The notes under the pieces: model-generated
Database searches by the model: none
The model's input: the letters and a program-made list of their open reading frames with translations, nothing else
Told to the model about the DNA's origin: nothing
Translations under genes and position numbers: made by a program
In this document: one piece after another, positions 24,277 through 32,893 of the stretch
Numbering within the stretch: position 1 is the first letter of the stretch
How the letters are laid out: each line of letters starts with the position of its first letter
Virus record (IMG/VR): IMGVR_UViG_3300017766_003777
Coordinates: 1 to 35,362 of that record
DNA from: a virus
Lineage: Duplodnaviria; Caudoviricetes
Reading direction: 5' to 3' (one strand)
DNA length: 35,362 nt

Positions 24277-25719
24277 CCCGAAGAACGGTTTGCGAGGGGC
24301 TGTCGCCTTGAACAGGCGTCCGATTGCGTCGGGCTTCTCAATCCGCTTGACATTGGTGTCGCCGATTGACAGCGAGCCGCGCACCGCCTCGGCGCAGAGA
24401 TCGACCACGACATCGACCGTATCGTCGTGCGCGCCCGCGGGGAACGCGAGCATCTCGTCAAGCACGGTCTGAAACGCGGGAAGGACGCGTCCCGCCTCGT
24501 CGGTCGGGAACAGGAGTTTGCCGCCCTCCACGAACGGCTGCGCGCCTGCGGCTCGCAGGTGCTTGTCGGTGATCCGCTCCATCGGGATCATCGGCTGCGA
24601 GGTCATCGTCTGAAACTGATCGAATATGCCCTTCTGCGGTCCGTTCGCCTCGGCGAGCACCGCCGACACGCCGCGTCGGGCACAGAGCGCCGCAGCCTGC
24701 GCGGCGAAGTTCGGGAACGATTCCCTCACCCGCAGGATGTCGGTCAGGAACAGACGGCGGGCGCTGTCAATCTCGCCGACGATGCAGACGCTGTAGTCGG
24801 GGTCGTCGCGCTCCTGCGCCTTCCTGCCGTATCCCCAATCGATAGCCGCAACCGTCCGCGTCAGTTTGGGGACGCTGCCGACGGGGTAGTGCGCCACCCA
24901 CTCGGGGCGGAAGACGAGCAGGTCGCTTGACAGCGGGACGAGTTCGTAGGCTCGGGCGAACGCCATCGCGCCCATCTCGGCGCGCTTCGCCCGCAGGATC
25001 GACGGGGTGAACACCTCGCCCCACGGGGACTGATCGCCGCGGCACGGACGCCGCAGGAGGGTGTTGTCCTCATCGTGCGTCCGCCTCCAGTCGGCGGTGA
25101 TGTCGTCGGTGTGGAACGGGGTCGCCGTCCGCCATGTGCGGGAGGGGTGGTTCGCCGACGGGTCGAGCATCGGCATCCAAATGTTCGCGACCGCCTCCTT
25201 GACCTGCGCCCGCAGCGAGGGCTGCAGGACGGCGTTCCGCAGGTCGCAGATGTCGTCTAGCCAAATAACATCGGCGCGACCGCCCGTGCGCCCGAAGACG
25301 CCCGACCCCTGCACCGAGGGGTCGCGTCGGGCGGGCATGCCGCGGGCGTGGACGCTGAACGCCGTGATGGTGTCCTCGCCCTCCTTCAGGGTGACATCGG
25401 GAAACACCGCCGAGAAGAGGGGGTTGCGGAGCACCTCTCGGATGAATCGGGTGGTGCCTGCCGCCGACTCGTCGTTCTGAGAGACGATCTTGAACCGCGT
25501 TTCGGGTCGGACGCCGAGCCACCATGCCGTCAGGAACGACAGGGTGGAGGTCTTTGCGTGACCGCGGGGGAGTTCCGCGTACCACGACGCATGGGCGAGC
25601 GCGTGCGACAGCAGGTCGCGCTGCAGCCCGCTCACGGGCTTGGCGAGGAAGAGCGCGATGAACGCCGCGGGGTTCTCACGGGCGGCTTGTACGGCTGCGT
25701 CGGGGCTTAGGTGTGTCAA
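24274..25719 (-). CDS. terL: Terminase large subunit
   Basis: Walker A LPRGHAKTS, Walker B VIWLDD, nuclease AIDWG...DYSV and HDDTVD. Confidence 0.93.
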   Translation of the reverse strand: MTHLSPDAAVQAARENPAAFIALFLAKPVSGLQRDLLSHALAHASWYAELPRGHAKTSTLSFLTAWWLGVRPETRFKIVSQNDESAAGTTRFIREVLRNPLFSAVFPDVTLKEGEDTITAFSVHARGMPARRDPSVQGSGVFGRTGGRADVIWLDDICDLRNAVLQPSLRAQVKEAVANIWMPMLDPSANHPSRTWRTATPFHTDDITADWRRTHDEDNTLLRRPCRGDQSPWGEVFTPSILRAKRAEMGAMAFARAYELVPLSSDLLVFRPEWVAHYPVGSVPKLTRTVAAIDWGYGRKAQERDDPDYSVCIVGEIDSARRLFLTDILRVRESFPNFAAQAAALCARRGVSAVLAEANGPQKGIFDQFQTMTSQPMIPMERITDKHLRAAGAQPFVEGGKLLFPTDEAGRVLPAFQTVLDEMLAFPAGAHDDTVDVVVDLCAEAVRGSLSIGDTNVKRIEKPDAIGRLFKATAPRKPFFG

Positions 25720-26110
25720 TCGGCACGCTCGGGGAACTGACGATGGATTGCGCGACGGCTCGCATCTGCGCGTCGGTCAGGCTGTCAAGCACCTGCACGC
25801 GGTCGGTCGCCTGCCCCGCGTCGAGGCGCAGGATGCGGTCGAACTGAATGGCGAGTTCCGCCCTGTGTTGGATCAGGTGGGCGAGCGCCTCGGTCGCCCT
25901 GATGCGGTCGCGGGTGCTCTGCAGCGAGTCCTGTGCGATGTCGAGCAGCGCCTTGGGCACGGTCGCGAAGGTGTCGGCGGGCACCTGCCACCCGTCGTAG
26001 ACGATGCTCTCAAGGATCCGCAGGTGTTGCCGATCCGAGAGGCGGTCTCGCCATTCCTTCGGTGCGCCCCCCTTCACCCCCCCTGAGTTGGTTGGGTTCT
26101 GACTGTTCAT
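25676..26110 (-). CDS. Probable terminase small subunit (144 aa)
   Basis: Helical protein immediately upstream of and overlapping TerL; basic C-terminus. Confidence 0.55.
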   Translation of the reverse strand: MNSQNPTNSGGVKGGAPKEWRDRLSDRQHLRILESIVYDGWQVPADTFATVPKALLDIAQDSLQSTRDRIRATEALAHLIQHRAELAIQFDRILRLDAGQATDRVQVLDSLTDAQMRAVAQSIVSSPSVPIDTPKPRRSRTSRP

Positions 26111-26116
26111 GCGGGA

Positions 26117-26125
26117 AGCGTATCA
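26117..26125 (-). promoter_or_regulatory. Candidate late-operon extended -10 promoter (leaderless)
   Basis: TGA-TACGCT-N6-ATG(26110); no Shine-Dalgarno before this ATG. Confidence 0.45.
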
Positions 26126-26130
26126 CGGGT

Positions 26131-26388
26131 CTACGGTTCCAAGTTCCGCGGTCGCGAATTTCGTGGATCGCGGAGGGTGTCTCGGGCGGTGTCCGCGGCA
26201 TACGGCTCGTCTCGGTTCTCCGCGATCTGCTGCAGGGCGGCTCGCAGCCGTTCGATCTCGTCCGCCGCCCGCTCGGTCAGGTCGCGCATCGGCAGCGGGA
26301 ACCGACCGACCCAATCGCAATCGGTCGCCGCCCGCAGTTGCGGGACGATGTCCTGCTGCAGGAGCACGGGTAGCGGCTTACGAGCCAT
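26131..26388 (-). CDS. Small protein with DIV..LR / AADEIERLR motif (85 aa)
   Basis: Motif shared with the neighbouring gene. Confidence 0.7.
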   Translation of the reverse strand: MARKPLPVLLQQDIVPQLRAATDCDWVGRFPLPMRDLTERAADEIERLRAALQQIAENRDEPYAADTARDTLRDPRNSRPRNLEP

Positions 26389-26668
26389 ACTGCGCCCTTT
26401 CGCACATCCTGCAGTCACCCTTGTCGTTGACGGGTTCGCACTCGCAGCCGCACAGCCCGCAGGTGTGGGGCTTGGGCTTCGGGAAGCAATCCCACCCTCG
26501 GAGTTTCTCGACCTCCTGCACCGTCATGCTGTAGATCAGCGCGAACCGTGCGCACACCTCCCGCCGCGCCACATCGCGCTCGGCGCGAATCCGTTCGATC
26601 TCGTCGGCGGCTTCGATGCAGTCGCGCCAAGTCGAGCGGCGCAGGCGCGCCACGATGTCGTCGCTCAT
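26378..26668 (-). CDS. Small protein with DIVARLR / AADEIERIR motif and C-terminal Zn finger (96 aa)
   Basis: ATGA-coupled start MSDDIVARLR; CGLC...CRMC. Confidence 0.75.
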   Translation of the reverse strand: MSDDIVARLRRSTWRDCIEAADEIERIRAERDVARREVCARFALIYSMTVQEVEKLRGWDCFPKPKPHTCGLCGCECEPVNDKGDCRMCERAQYGS

Positions 26669-26919
26669 CGCTTCCCCCTCTTCGGCATCAGGACGATCTC
26701 GTAGCCCGCGAGCGCCGCCATCTGCAGCGCCACGCGGAACGACGGCTCGCGCTGCCCCGTGACGGTGTCGGGAGCCGCGAGCAGGCATTCGGCGGTGTTC
26801 TGCGTGCAGATGCTGCGCTCGGCGCACTCCCGCACGAACGAGTAGTGGGAGCGCCCCTCAGCCTTGAGCCGCGTGCGCATGGCGTCCTTCCAATCCGACG
26901 GTTCAGCGATCTTGATCAT
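26665..26919 (-). CDS. Putative HTH (Cro/XRE-like) DNA-binding protein (84 aa)
   Basis: AAGGAG RBS before MIKIAE; ...REPSFRVALQMAALAGYEIVL resembles an XRE C-terminal helix. Confidence 0.55.
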   Translation of the reverse strand: MIKIAEPSDWKDAMRTRLKAEGRSHYSFVRECAERSICTQNTAECLLAAPDTVTGQREPSFRVALQMAALAGYEIVLMPKRGKR

Positions 26920-26933
26920 GTCATCTCCTTGGT

Positions 26934-27881
26934 TCATTGCAGCGTCTCCCACAGGATCGGGTGCGCCTCCGAGGCGATCCGTGCGTGTGCGATTGCCGCG
27001 TACTTGGGGTTGATCTCCATGCCGACGAACCTGCATCCGTTCTGCAGCGCGACGACCGCGGTTGTGCCCGAACCCGCGAACGGGTCGAGCACGGTGCCAC
27101 CCCGAGGGCACCCCGCGAGGACGCATGGTACGATCAGTTCGGTCGGGAAGGTGGCGAAATGCGCGGCGTGGTACGGTTTTGGATTGACCGTCCACACGCT
27201 CCGCTTGTTGCGCATGGGGTTCTCCTCCCACTCCTTGCCCTGCAGCCCGTGGTGCTTGAGGAGCGGGTCGGTCGTCCCGTCGCGCATCTCGGAGCGGTCT
27301 CGGGTTCCCCAATTCTGCGCGGGTTCCTTGATCGCCTCATGGTCGTAGTGGTAGTGCGCGGACTTGGAGAGCAGGAACAGGTATTCGTGCGCCTTGGTGC
27401 ATCGGTCGGTGACCGACTCGGGCATGGGGTTCGGCTTCGACCAAATGATGTCTTGCCGCAGATACCACCCGTCCGCCTGCAGGGCGAACGCGACCTGCCA
27501 CGGGATGCCGAGCAGGTTCTTCTCTCGGTAGCCCTGCACCTTCCACGGCTTGAAGACCTCGCCCGTGACCGAGCCGAGGTTGGCGGCTTGCATGCTGCCC
27601 TCGGCACCGCCGCCGCGCCCGCCCGACGAGTAGGTGTCGCCGAGGTTCAGCCACAGCGTGCCGTCGCCGCGCAGGACGCGCCGCACCTCGCGGAACACGC
27701 CGACGAGGCGCTGCACGAACTCCTCGGGCGTGTCCTCTAGCCCGATCTGCCCGCCGCACCCGTAGTCCCGAAGCCCGTAGTACGGGGGGGAGGTGATGCA
27801 GGTGTTCACGGTGTTGTCGGGCAGAGACCGCATGCCGTCGATGCAGTCACCGACGCGCAGGTCGTATCGGGGGTCGCTCAC
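26934..27881 (-). CDS. Orphan DNA amino-methyltransferase (N4-C/N6-A, beta class)
   Basis: ITSPPY catalytic motif precedes [13 protein letters not shown]-binding motif; no cognate endonuclease adjacent. Confidence 0.93.
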   Translation of the reverse strand: MSDPRYDLRVGDCIDGMRSLPDNTVNTCITSPPYYGLRDYGCGGQIGLEDTPEEFVQRLVGVFREVRRVLRGDGTLWLNLGDTYSSGGRGGGAEGSMQAANLGSVTGEVFKPWKVQGYREKNLLGIPWQVAFALQADGWYLRQDIIWSKPNPMPESVTDRCTKAHEYLFLLSKSAHYHYDHEAIKEPAQNWGTRDRSEMRDGTTDPLLKHHGLQGKEWEENPMRNKRSVWTVNPKPYHAAHFATFPTELIVPCVLAGCPRGGTVLDPFAGSGTTAVVALQNGCRFVGMEINPKYAAIAHARIASEAHPILWETLQ

Positions 27882-28228
27882 TTGCCGCCCTTCGTCGCAT
27901 CGACGCCGTGCTTGCGGCAGGTGATGTGGAACGACTGCAGGGTCGCCTTCAGCGAACGCTCAAGCATGCGCACGCGCTTGCTGTCGTGGTCAACGATGGC
28001 GAGGCACTTGATGATCTCACGCGCATTCTGCGCGCCCTTCATCGCCCAATGGACGAGCGTCTCGTCGTTGTACTCGCTAGCGCGGGTGCGGGCGATCCTG
28101 TCCGCGTAGTAGCGGATGTCGCGGATGTTCTGCGCGGCGTTGAGCGCGAGGATGTGCATCGGGCACGCGTAGCCCGAGGCGGCGCGGTGATCGCGGGGGA
28201 AGAGTTCGTTGACGCGGCTGTCCTTCAT
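27878..28228 (-). CDS. Early protein of unknown function (116 aa, [10 protein letters not shown]...)
   Basis: Start behind cassette hairpin and CAGGAG RBS. Confidence 0.75.
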   Translation of the reverse strand: MKDSRVNELFPRDHRAASGYACPMHILALNAAQNIRDIRYYADRIARTRASEYNDETLVHWAMKGAQNAREIIKCLAIVDHDSKRVRMLERSLKATLQSFHITCRKHGVDATKGGK

Positions 28229-28268
28229 GGCATGCTCCTGTTCGGTTGGGTCGAGCGGCATGCTCGAC
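28229..28268 (-). promoter_or_regulatory. Cassette copy 5 (hairpin + RBS only)
   Basis: GTCGAGC-ATGCC-GCTCGAC perfect stem, then ACAGGAGC. Confidence 0.8.
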
Positions 28269-28270
28269 TG

Positions 28271-28305
28271 AATCGCCCGAAGCGCGTTTCCGCGGCGCGG
28301 GCGTG
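28271..28305 (-). repeat. Second copy of the GAAA-tetraloop 3' hairpin
   Basis: Near-identical to 896-930 in opposite orientation, also just downstream of a cassette gene. Confidence 0.7.
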
Positions 28306-28322
28306 TGGGGGACATTCTTGCT

Positions 28323-28559
28323 TCAGAGACCGCGGGCGTACAGGCGGTCGAACGCGGCGCGGAGCAGGACGCTGTTCTGCGCGAGCAGTTCGCGACCGAT
28401 GCTGTCGGTGCAGTACAGACCGCAGTAGTAGAACTCGCGCTTGATCATGTTCGCCGCCCGCGAGGAGTGCCAGCAGATGCTTGCGCGGCTGTTGGCGTTC
28501 TTGATGCCGTCGAAGTGCTTGTGGACGCGGGCGATGATTTCGGCGTGGTTGTTCTGCAT
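28323..28559 (-). CDS. Small early protein (78 aa, MQNNHAE...)
   Basis: Cassette-driven ATG. Confidence 0.8.
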   Translation of the reverse strand: MQNNHAEIIARVHKHFDGIKNANSRASICWHSSRAANMIKREFYYCGLYCTDSIGRELLAQNSVLLRAAFDRLYARGL

Positions 28560-28660
28560 GACTTGCTCCTTTGTGTGCCGAGCGACATGCTCGACGCGGG
28601 TACTCTACCCTCTATCGGCGCATGGTGCAAGTCCCTTGAACGGAATTCCGAGATTTTCTA
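28560..28660 (-). promoter_or_regulatory. Cassette copy 4
   Basis: TTGCAC 28630-28625, 17 nt, TAGAGT 28607-28602, hairpin 28595-28577, AAGGAG. Confidence 0.85.
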
Positions 28661-28677
28661 GCCGCGGGTTCGGGAAG

Positions 28678-28708
28678 CCCCCGCGGGCGATTCGACCGCC
28701 CGCGGGGG
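28678..28708 (-). terminator. GC-rich stem-loop after the Gp157 gene
   Basis: 12-bp perfect stem CCCCCGCGGGCG/CGCCCGCGGGGG. Confidence 0.55.
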
Positions 28709-28738
28709 ATCGTGCAGGGACAGGGTGCAGCCCCCGCG

Positions 28739-29248
28739 CTACTTGATGTCGATGCGCGTGCCACGCTCGCCGAGGCGGGCGCCCGCGACGGTCTTGTTCG
28801 CCTCTAGGGCGGCTCGGATCGCGTCCTTGTCGATCCGCTCCTCGTAGACGGGGATGCGGTACTCGGGCGGCACCGCGGCGTCGTCATCGATCAGGAGCGG
28901 CACCTTGCCACCGTTCGACCTGACCGCGAGCGCGAACCGAGCGGTCTGCACCGAGGTGCGCCCCGTCCGCTGCATGGCGGACATGAGGGCGAGCCGCAGG
29001 CGCTCGGCGAGGGCGGCGTCCGCCTTCGACAGCAGGTCGAACCGCTTCGCCTCCTCCCGTCGGGCGGCGGCGCGCACCTCGCAGGTGCGGATCAGGGCGG
29101 CGTAGTCGTCCGCCTTGGCGTCGAACGCCTCGGCGAGCAGGGCGGTGTGCTCGGCGAGGGCGGCGGCGAACTCCTCCGAGTCGCAGCCTGCGCGCTCGGC
29201 GGCGTCGGCGAGCCGCGTCAGTTCCTCGGTGATCGCGTAGAGGCTCAC
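28739..29248 (-). CDS. Siphovirus Gp157-family (Gam-like) protein (169 aa)
   Basis: SLYAIT...FDAKADDYAALIR...RLRLALMSAM...VPPEY...IDKDAIRAAL..G; GTGA-coupled to the ERF gene. Confidence 0.85.
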   Translation of the reverse strand: MSLYAITEELTRLADAAERAGCDSEEFAAALAEHTALLAEAFDAKADDYAALIRTCEVRAAARREEAKRFDLLSKADAALAERLRLALMSAMQRTGRTSVQTARFALAVRSNGGKVPLLIDDDAAVPPEYRIPVYEERIDKDAIRAALEANKTVAGARLGERGTRIDIK

Positions 29249-30003
29249 TTGCCACCTCCGAGCGCATCCTGCAGGCGGGGCGCGGCACGCACCTCGACGG
29301 CGCGCATGTAGCCTCCGCGCTCGTTGAACTCCCAAGTCAGTTCGATGCGCTTCTCGGCGACGGCGGACGCCGCGAGTTCAGCCCCGAACTGCACCCACGC
29401 GTTGCCGCAGCGCGGGTGCTCGCAGAGCACGGCGACGGCACCCTGCGGGCGCTCAACGACCTTGCGCATGGTCACGATCTCGGTGCCATCGGGATCCCAC
29501 GCCATCGGCTGCTCCTTGCGCGGCGCGGCGTTGATCGGCTGCGTGGAGAAGATCGCCTCCCGCTCGGCGGGCTTTGGCGCGGGGGCGGGGCGCTGCGGCT
29601 GACGCGCCTCGCGATCCTCGTCGGCGTCGGTGTCGTCGTCGCCCGTCAGCATCGCGATGCTCGCGATTGCGTAGCGCCGCAGGTAGGTCACGATTGCCCC
29701 GAGGTTCTGCGCGGTGGCGCGCTCGGGCAGCGACATCGCCACGGTCGAGCGCATCCACTCGCCGCTGCTGTGCGCGATCATGGTGGTGACGCCGACCTGA
29801 TTCTCGCTGCTCGTCACGCCCTGCGTCACGATCAGCCCGTTGCGGGCGAACGGCTCGCGGATGGCGTCGAGGTGCGCGCCGAGGCTCGCGTAGCGGAAGC
29901 CCTTGAAGTGCGGGTGCGCCTTGTCGAGGGTCGGGTTGCGAACCTCCAACTGCGCCTTTGCGATGGCGGCGACGATGGTTCCGATCTGATCCGATGTCTG
30001 CAT
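29245..30003 (-). CDS. ERF-family single-strand annealing protein (252 aa)
   Basis: HPHFKGFRYASL, AHSSGEW, AQNLGAIVTYLRRYAI, DDDTDAD motifs. Confidence 0.9.
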   Translation of the reverse strand: MQTSDQIGTIVAAIAKAQLEVRNPTLDKAHPHFKGFRYASLGAHLDAIREPFARNGLIVTQGVTSSENQVGVTTMIAHSSGEWMRSTVAMSLPERATAQNLGAIVTYLRRYAIASIAMLTGDDDTDADEDREARQPQRPAPAPKPAEREAIFSTQPINAAPRKEQPMAWDPDGTEIVTMRKVVERPQGAVAVLCEHPRCGNAWVQFGAELAASAVAEKRIELTWEFNERGGYMRAVEVRAAPRLQDALGGGK

Positions 30004-30089
30004 TGCTTGCTCCTTGGTTTGGTCGGACGGCATGCCCGACGGTTGCACTCTACCCATCGCCGCCGCAGGTGTCAATCCCTGCGGCGGCG
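30004..30089 (-). promoter_or_regulatory. Cassette copy 6 with consensus TTGACA inside an inverted repeat
   Basis: TTGACA 30075-30070, 17 nt, TAGAGT 30052-30047, hairpin GTCGGGC-ATGCC-GTCCGAC, AAGGAG; 12-bp inverted repeat 30058-30089. Confidence 0.85.
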
Positions 30090-30100
30090 CGTCATTCGCT

Positions 30101-30589
30101 TCAGCCCGCGATCCTCGCGATGCGCGTGGCGCGCTCGCGCAGGCTCGCCGCGCCGTTGAGGCGCGAGTTGTGAACCGACGCGGAGTAACGGTCGAACGAG
30201 TCGGCGCGATCCTGCGCCTCGTAGACGCCGCGCTCAATCGCGTCGGCGCGCTCGGCGAGCGACTTCGCGTGGGCGAGCGCCGCATCGCGACCGACCTGCG
30301 CGATGAACTTCTCGACGCTCGCGTTGTAGCACGACTCGGCGAGGTGCAGGTGGAACGCGTGGTTTGCGTTTCGGTACATCTTCGCGGCGTACACGCGCTG
30401 CTTCTCCGACCACCGTCCCTGCTGACGCAGGAGCGAGGCGGCGAAGGCGCGCAGCCCCGCGGCGCGACCGTTCTTCGCGTAGTACTCGACGCTCCACCGC
30501 TCCTGCTCGCGGAAATCGCACGCGATGCCGTGCTTCTTGCAGTCCATGTCGTAGGCGAAGGTGAAGGTCGTGGTGATCGTGTTCTGCAT
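30101..30589 (-). CDS. Early protein of unknown function (162 aa, MQNTITTTF...)
   Basis: Cassette-driven ATG; helical C-terminus. Confidence 0.8.
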   Translation of the reverse strand: MQNTITTTFTFAYDMDCKKHGIACDFREQERWSVEYYAKNGRAAGLRAFAASLLRQQGRWSEKQRVYAAKMYRNANHAFHLHLAESCYNASVEKFIAQVGRDAALAHAKSLAERADAIERGVYEAQDRADSFDRYSASVHNSRLNGAASLRERATRIARIAG

Positions 30590-30692
30590 GACTTGCTCCT
30601 TGGTTTGGTCGGGCGACATGCCTGACGCGGGAACTGTACCCTTGATTCCCGAAGGGTGCAACCCTTCGAGAAGGAAATCCGCGATTTTCCTC
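30590..30692 (-). promoter_or_regulatory. Cassette copy 7
   Basis: TTGCAC 30661-30656, 17 nt, TACAGT 30638-30633, hairpin GTCAGGC-ATGTC-GCCCGAC, AAGGAG. Confidence 0.85.
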
Positions 30693-30702
30693 AAACGGGC
30701 AT

Positions 30703-31008
30703 TCACGCCGTCGCGATGTCCTCGGTTGACCACCGCACCATGTTGCGCGCAGCCTGCTTGCAGGCGTTCAACGCTTGAGCGCGGCTGACGCGCTGCCCGC
30801 AGCGATTCGACTTGCAGAGCGAGTAGTACTTGGCGCCGTCGGCGCTGTAGACGGTGTAGCCGACGATGCCCTCGGAGTCGTTGATTCCACCGAGTTCGGG
30901 GACGATCTCGCCGAACTGACGAGTGTCCTGCATGATCGCCCAAACATGCTTGGCGGCGTAACCCTTGGGGGCGCGGATCTTGACGAACTCGACGGTGCTG
31001 TTCTGCAT
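30703..31008 (-). CDS. Early protein of unknown function (101 aa, MQNSTVEF...)
   Basis: Cassette-driven ATG. Confidence 0.8.
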   Translation of the reverse strand: MQNSTVEFVKIRAPKGYAAKHVWAIMQDTRQFGEIVPELGGINDSEGIVGYTVYSADGAKYYSLCKSNRCGQRVSRAQALNACKQAARNMVRWSTEDIATA

Positions 31009-31098
31009 TGCTTGCTCCTTGGTTTGGTCGGGCGACATGCCTGACGCGAGGACTGTACCCTCTATCGGCAAGGGGTGCAAGCGGCTTGAGCGGAATTC
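31009..31098 (-). promoter_or_regulatory. Cassette copy 8
   Basis: TTGCAC 31080-31075, 17 nt, TACAGT 31057-31052, hairpin, AAGGAG; leader nearly identical to copy 7. Confidence 0.85.
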
Positions 31099-31395
31099 TC
31101 ACTTTTTCATGGCGCGTCGGGCGAGTTCCTCCTTCGCCGCCTTGAGCGCGAGTTGCACGCTGCCGTAGCGTGCGACATCGAACGACATGTCGGGGGTGTC
31201 GTCGCGGCTCTCAACGATCCACGACCGCACCGTGTAGGTGTACGACGCCTGCTTGGTGCCGCGGTTGTCCACCGAGTTCCACTCGGCGGTCACCCATCCG
31301 AACGGCACGCCGTCCTTCGACAGCGTGTAGTAGGTGTCGGGGTCGCTCGACTGCGTTGCGCGCTTTGCGTATCTCGACCATGCGAAGGTGCTCAT
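31099..31395 (-). CDS. Early protein of unknown function (98 aa), probably leaderless
   Basis: ATG sits 6 nt after a -10 box; no SD. Confidence 0.8.
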   Translation of the reverse strand: MSTFAWSRYAKRATQSSDPDTYYTLSKDGVPFGWVTAEWNSVDNRGTKQASYTYTVRSWIVESRDDTPDMSFDVARYGSVQLALKAAKEELARRAMKK

Positions 31396-31458
31396 GCCGT
31401 CACCTTACCCATCGTTCGTGCATGGTGCAAGCCCTGCAGGTCGGATTTTGAGATTTCG
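31396..31458 (-). promoter_or_regulatory. Cassette copy 9 (promoter only, leaderless)
   Basis: TTGCAC 31430-31425, 17 nt, TAAGGT 31407-31402, ATG at predicted +1. Confidence 0.8.
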
Positions 31459-31469
31459 ACACGCCATCC

Positions 31470-31927
31470 GTCGCGGAGGGCGCTCGACCCCTAGAGGGGG
31501 GTCGCGCCCCCGCGGGCAACAACAAGCCCGAATTCCCTTCGGACAGTTGCGCTCCGCGCACTCGGCGCCCCTTCGGGGCGGCTTGCAGTTGCATGGTGGG
31601 CGGCAGGAATACCATGACCCCTTTGCAGAGGTCACGGGAACGGTCAGCCGCACGGAGCCGCTGCGAGGTTTCCCATCGGCATCGTTTTCACCATTTCGAC
31701 GGGCAGTCCGCTACCACGATGCAGGAGCGCGAGCGCAAGGCTCGGCGCGGGGTAGGGTCAGTCCCCGCGGCTTGGGCGGCGAGAACGCCGCGCCCATGCG
31801 GATACGGAGCCTCCGCGAGTGCTGCAAGATGCCGACGGATCGGCTTGTCAATTCCCTTGGACGGTGATATCCTGCGCTCACCTCGGTTGTCGCGGTCGGC
31901 TTGTTTCAGCAAGATTGGGCTGACCGC
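31470..31927 (-). ncRNA. Candidate large structured non-coding RNA (about 460 nt); alternatively the replication origin
   Basis: Own promoter upstream, no convincing ORF, many hairpins, 9-bp long-range helix at the predicted 5' end, terminal hairpin. Confidence 0.5.
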
Positions 31928-31933
31928 GGAAGC

Positions 31934-31979
31934 ATCCTACCGCCTCGGTTAGCATGGGTCAACCGCGCCGAGGCGGTAG
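31934..31979 (-). promoter_or_regulatory. Sigma70-type promoter embedded in a 12-bp inverted repeat
   Basis: TTGACC 31962-31957, 17 nt, TAGGAT 31939-31934; inverted repeat 31937-31948 / 31968-31979. Confidence 0.7.
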
Positions 31980-32146
31980 TCGTTTACCCCCCGTCCTTGT
32001 TCCCCCCGCCCCGCTCTCGCATGCGCGATGACGCGGGGCGGGGGTCTATTCAGAAACAACGCCCCGCGGAGAGTCCGCGGGGCGCCGCATGGGGGAAAAG
32101 ATGCATCGATGCTAGCACGCTCGGGCAGGCTTGCAATTGGGCGGAA

Positions 32147-32252
32147 CAAAATCTCGGAATTTCGTGCAGAGGGGTTGCACCCTGCGCCGATCAAGGGTAT
32201 TGTACCCGTGTCGAGCATGTCGCTCGGCACCAAACCCGAACAGGAGCCTGCA
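32147..32252 (+). promoter_or_regulatory. Cassette copy 10
   Basis: TTGCAC 32175-32180, 17 nt, TATTGT 32198-32203, hairpin 32210-32228, CAGGAG. Confidence 0.85.
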
Positions 32253-32861
32253 ATGAAGACCCTCCCGACCACCGTCCTCGCGACCGCCCTCCTCACCCGC
32301 TTCGATACCGTCAAGGCGAGCATCGTGGAGCGCATCGTCTCCGAATACAACCGCACCGCGGCTCGCCTCGCGGTCACCCGCACCGTCCGCGTGTACAACC
32401 GCGAGACGCGGGAGATGGATTCGCTGACGGTCAGCGGTTGGGGCTTCGATTGGAACGACCGCGCCCGTCGTTGGAACCGCACCGAGGGCGACCTTGCGCA
32501 GTTCGCGGCGGTCGTTCACGACCCGACCTCGTCCAACAACACGGTTTACAGCAACGAGATCGACATGGCGGAAGTCGAAGCCGCCGCGCAGGCTGAAGCC
32601 GAGGCGACCTGCCTCGCGTGGTACAAGAAGTTGGTGTGCAAGTTGGGCGAGGTCGAGTCGGCGACCCTGCACTACAGCGGCGTCGGCTCGTACTGCCTGA
32701 CCGTCACGAAGGCGGGCGTCTCGGATTCCATCCGCATCGATCAGCAGATCGTCTACAAGATGTCGAGCCGCGGTTCGTGGTTCGCGCAGTTCCCCGCCCG
32801 CATCTATGTCGGCGGCAAGTTCACCCCCGAAGCGAAGTTCAAGGCGATGTTCGCCGCCTGA
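32253..32861 (+). CDS. Early protein of unknown function (202 aa, MKTLPTTV...)
   Basis: Cassette-driven ATG 32253; the track start at 32028 runs through the promoter. Confidence 0.82.
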   Translation: MKTLPTTVLATALLTRFDTVKASIVERIVSEYNRTAARLAVTRTVRVYNRETREMDSLTVSGWGFDWNDRARRWNRTEGDLAQFAAVVHDPTSSNNTVYSNEIDMAEVEAAAQAEAEATCLAWYKKLVCKLGEVESATLHYSGVGSYCLTVTKAGVSDSIRIDQQIVYKMSSRGSWFAQFPARIYVGGKFTPEAKFKAMFAA

Positions 32862-32866
32862 GAGGG

Positions 32867-32893
32867 GTCGGGGGCGATGCGACCGCCCCCGAC
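32867..32893 (+). terminator. Stem-loop after gene
   Basis: GTCGGGGGCG/CGCCCCCGAC 10-bp stem. Confidence 0.55.

Noticed and set aside
26934-27881. Complete restriction-modification system
   Set aside because: No adjacent ORF shows PD-(D/E)xK, HNH or GIY-YIG motifs; treated as an orphan methyltransferase.
31460-32150. tRNA or tmRNA in the non-coding gap
   Set aside because: I could not find a cloverleaf with a T-loop GTTCGA and acceptor stem; a tRNAscan-SE/ARAGORN run would confirm.
31334-32252. Track ORFs across the divergent intergenic region (e.g. 31334-31867, 31688-31912, 31901-32596)
   Set aside because: No RBS, low-information Arg/Pro-rich translations, and they run through clear promoters and hairpins.
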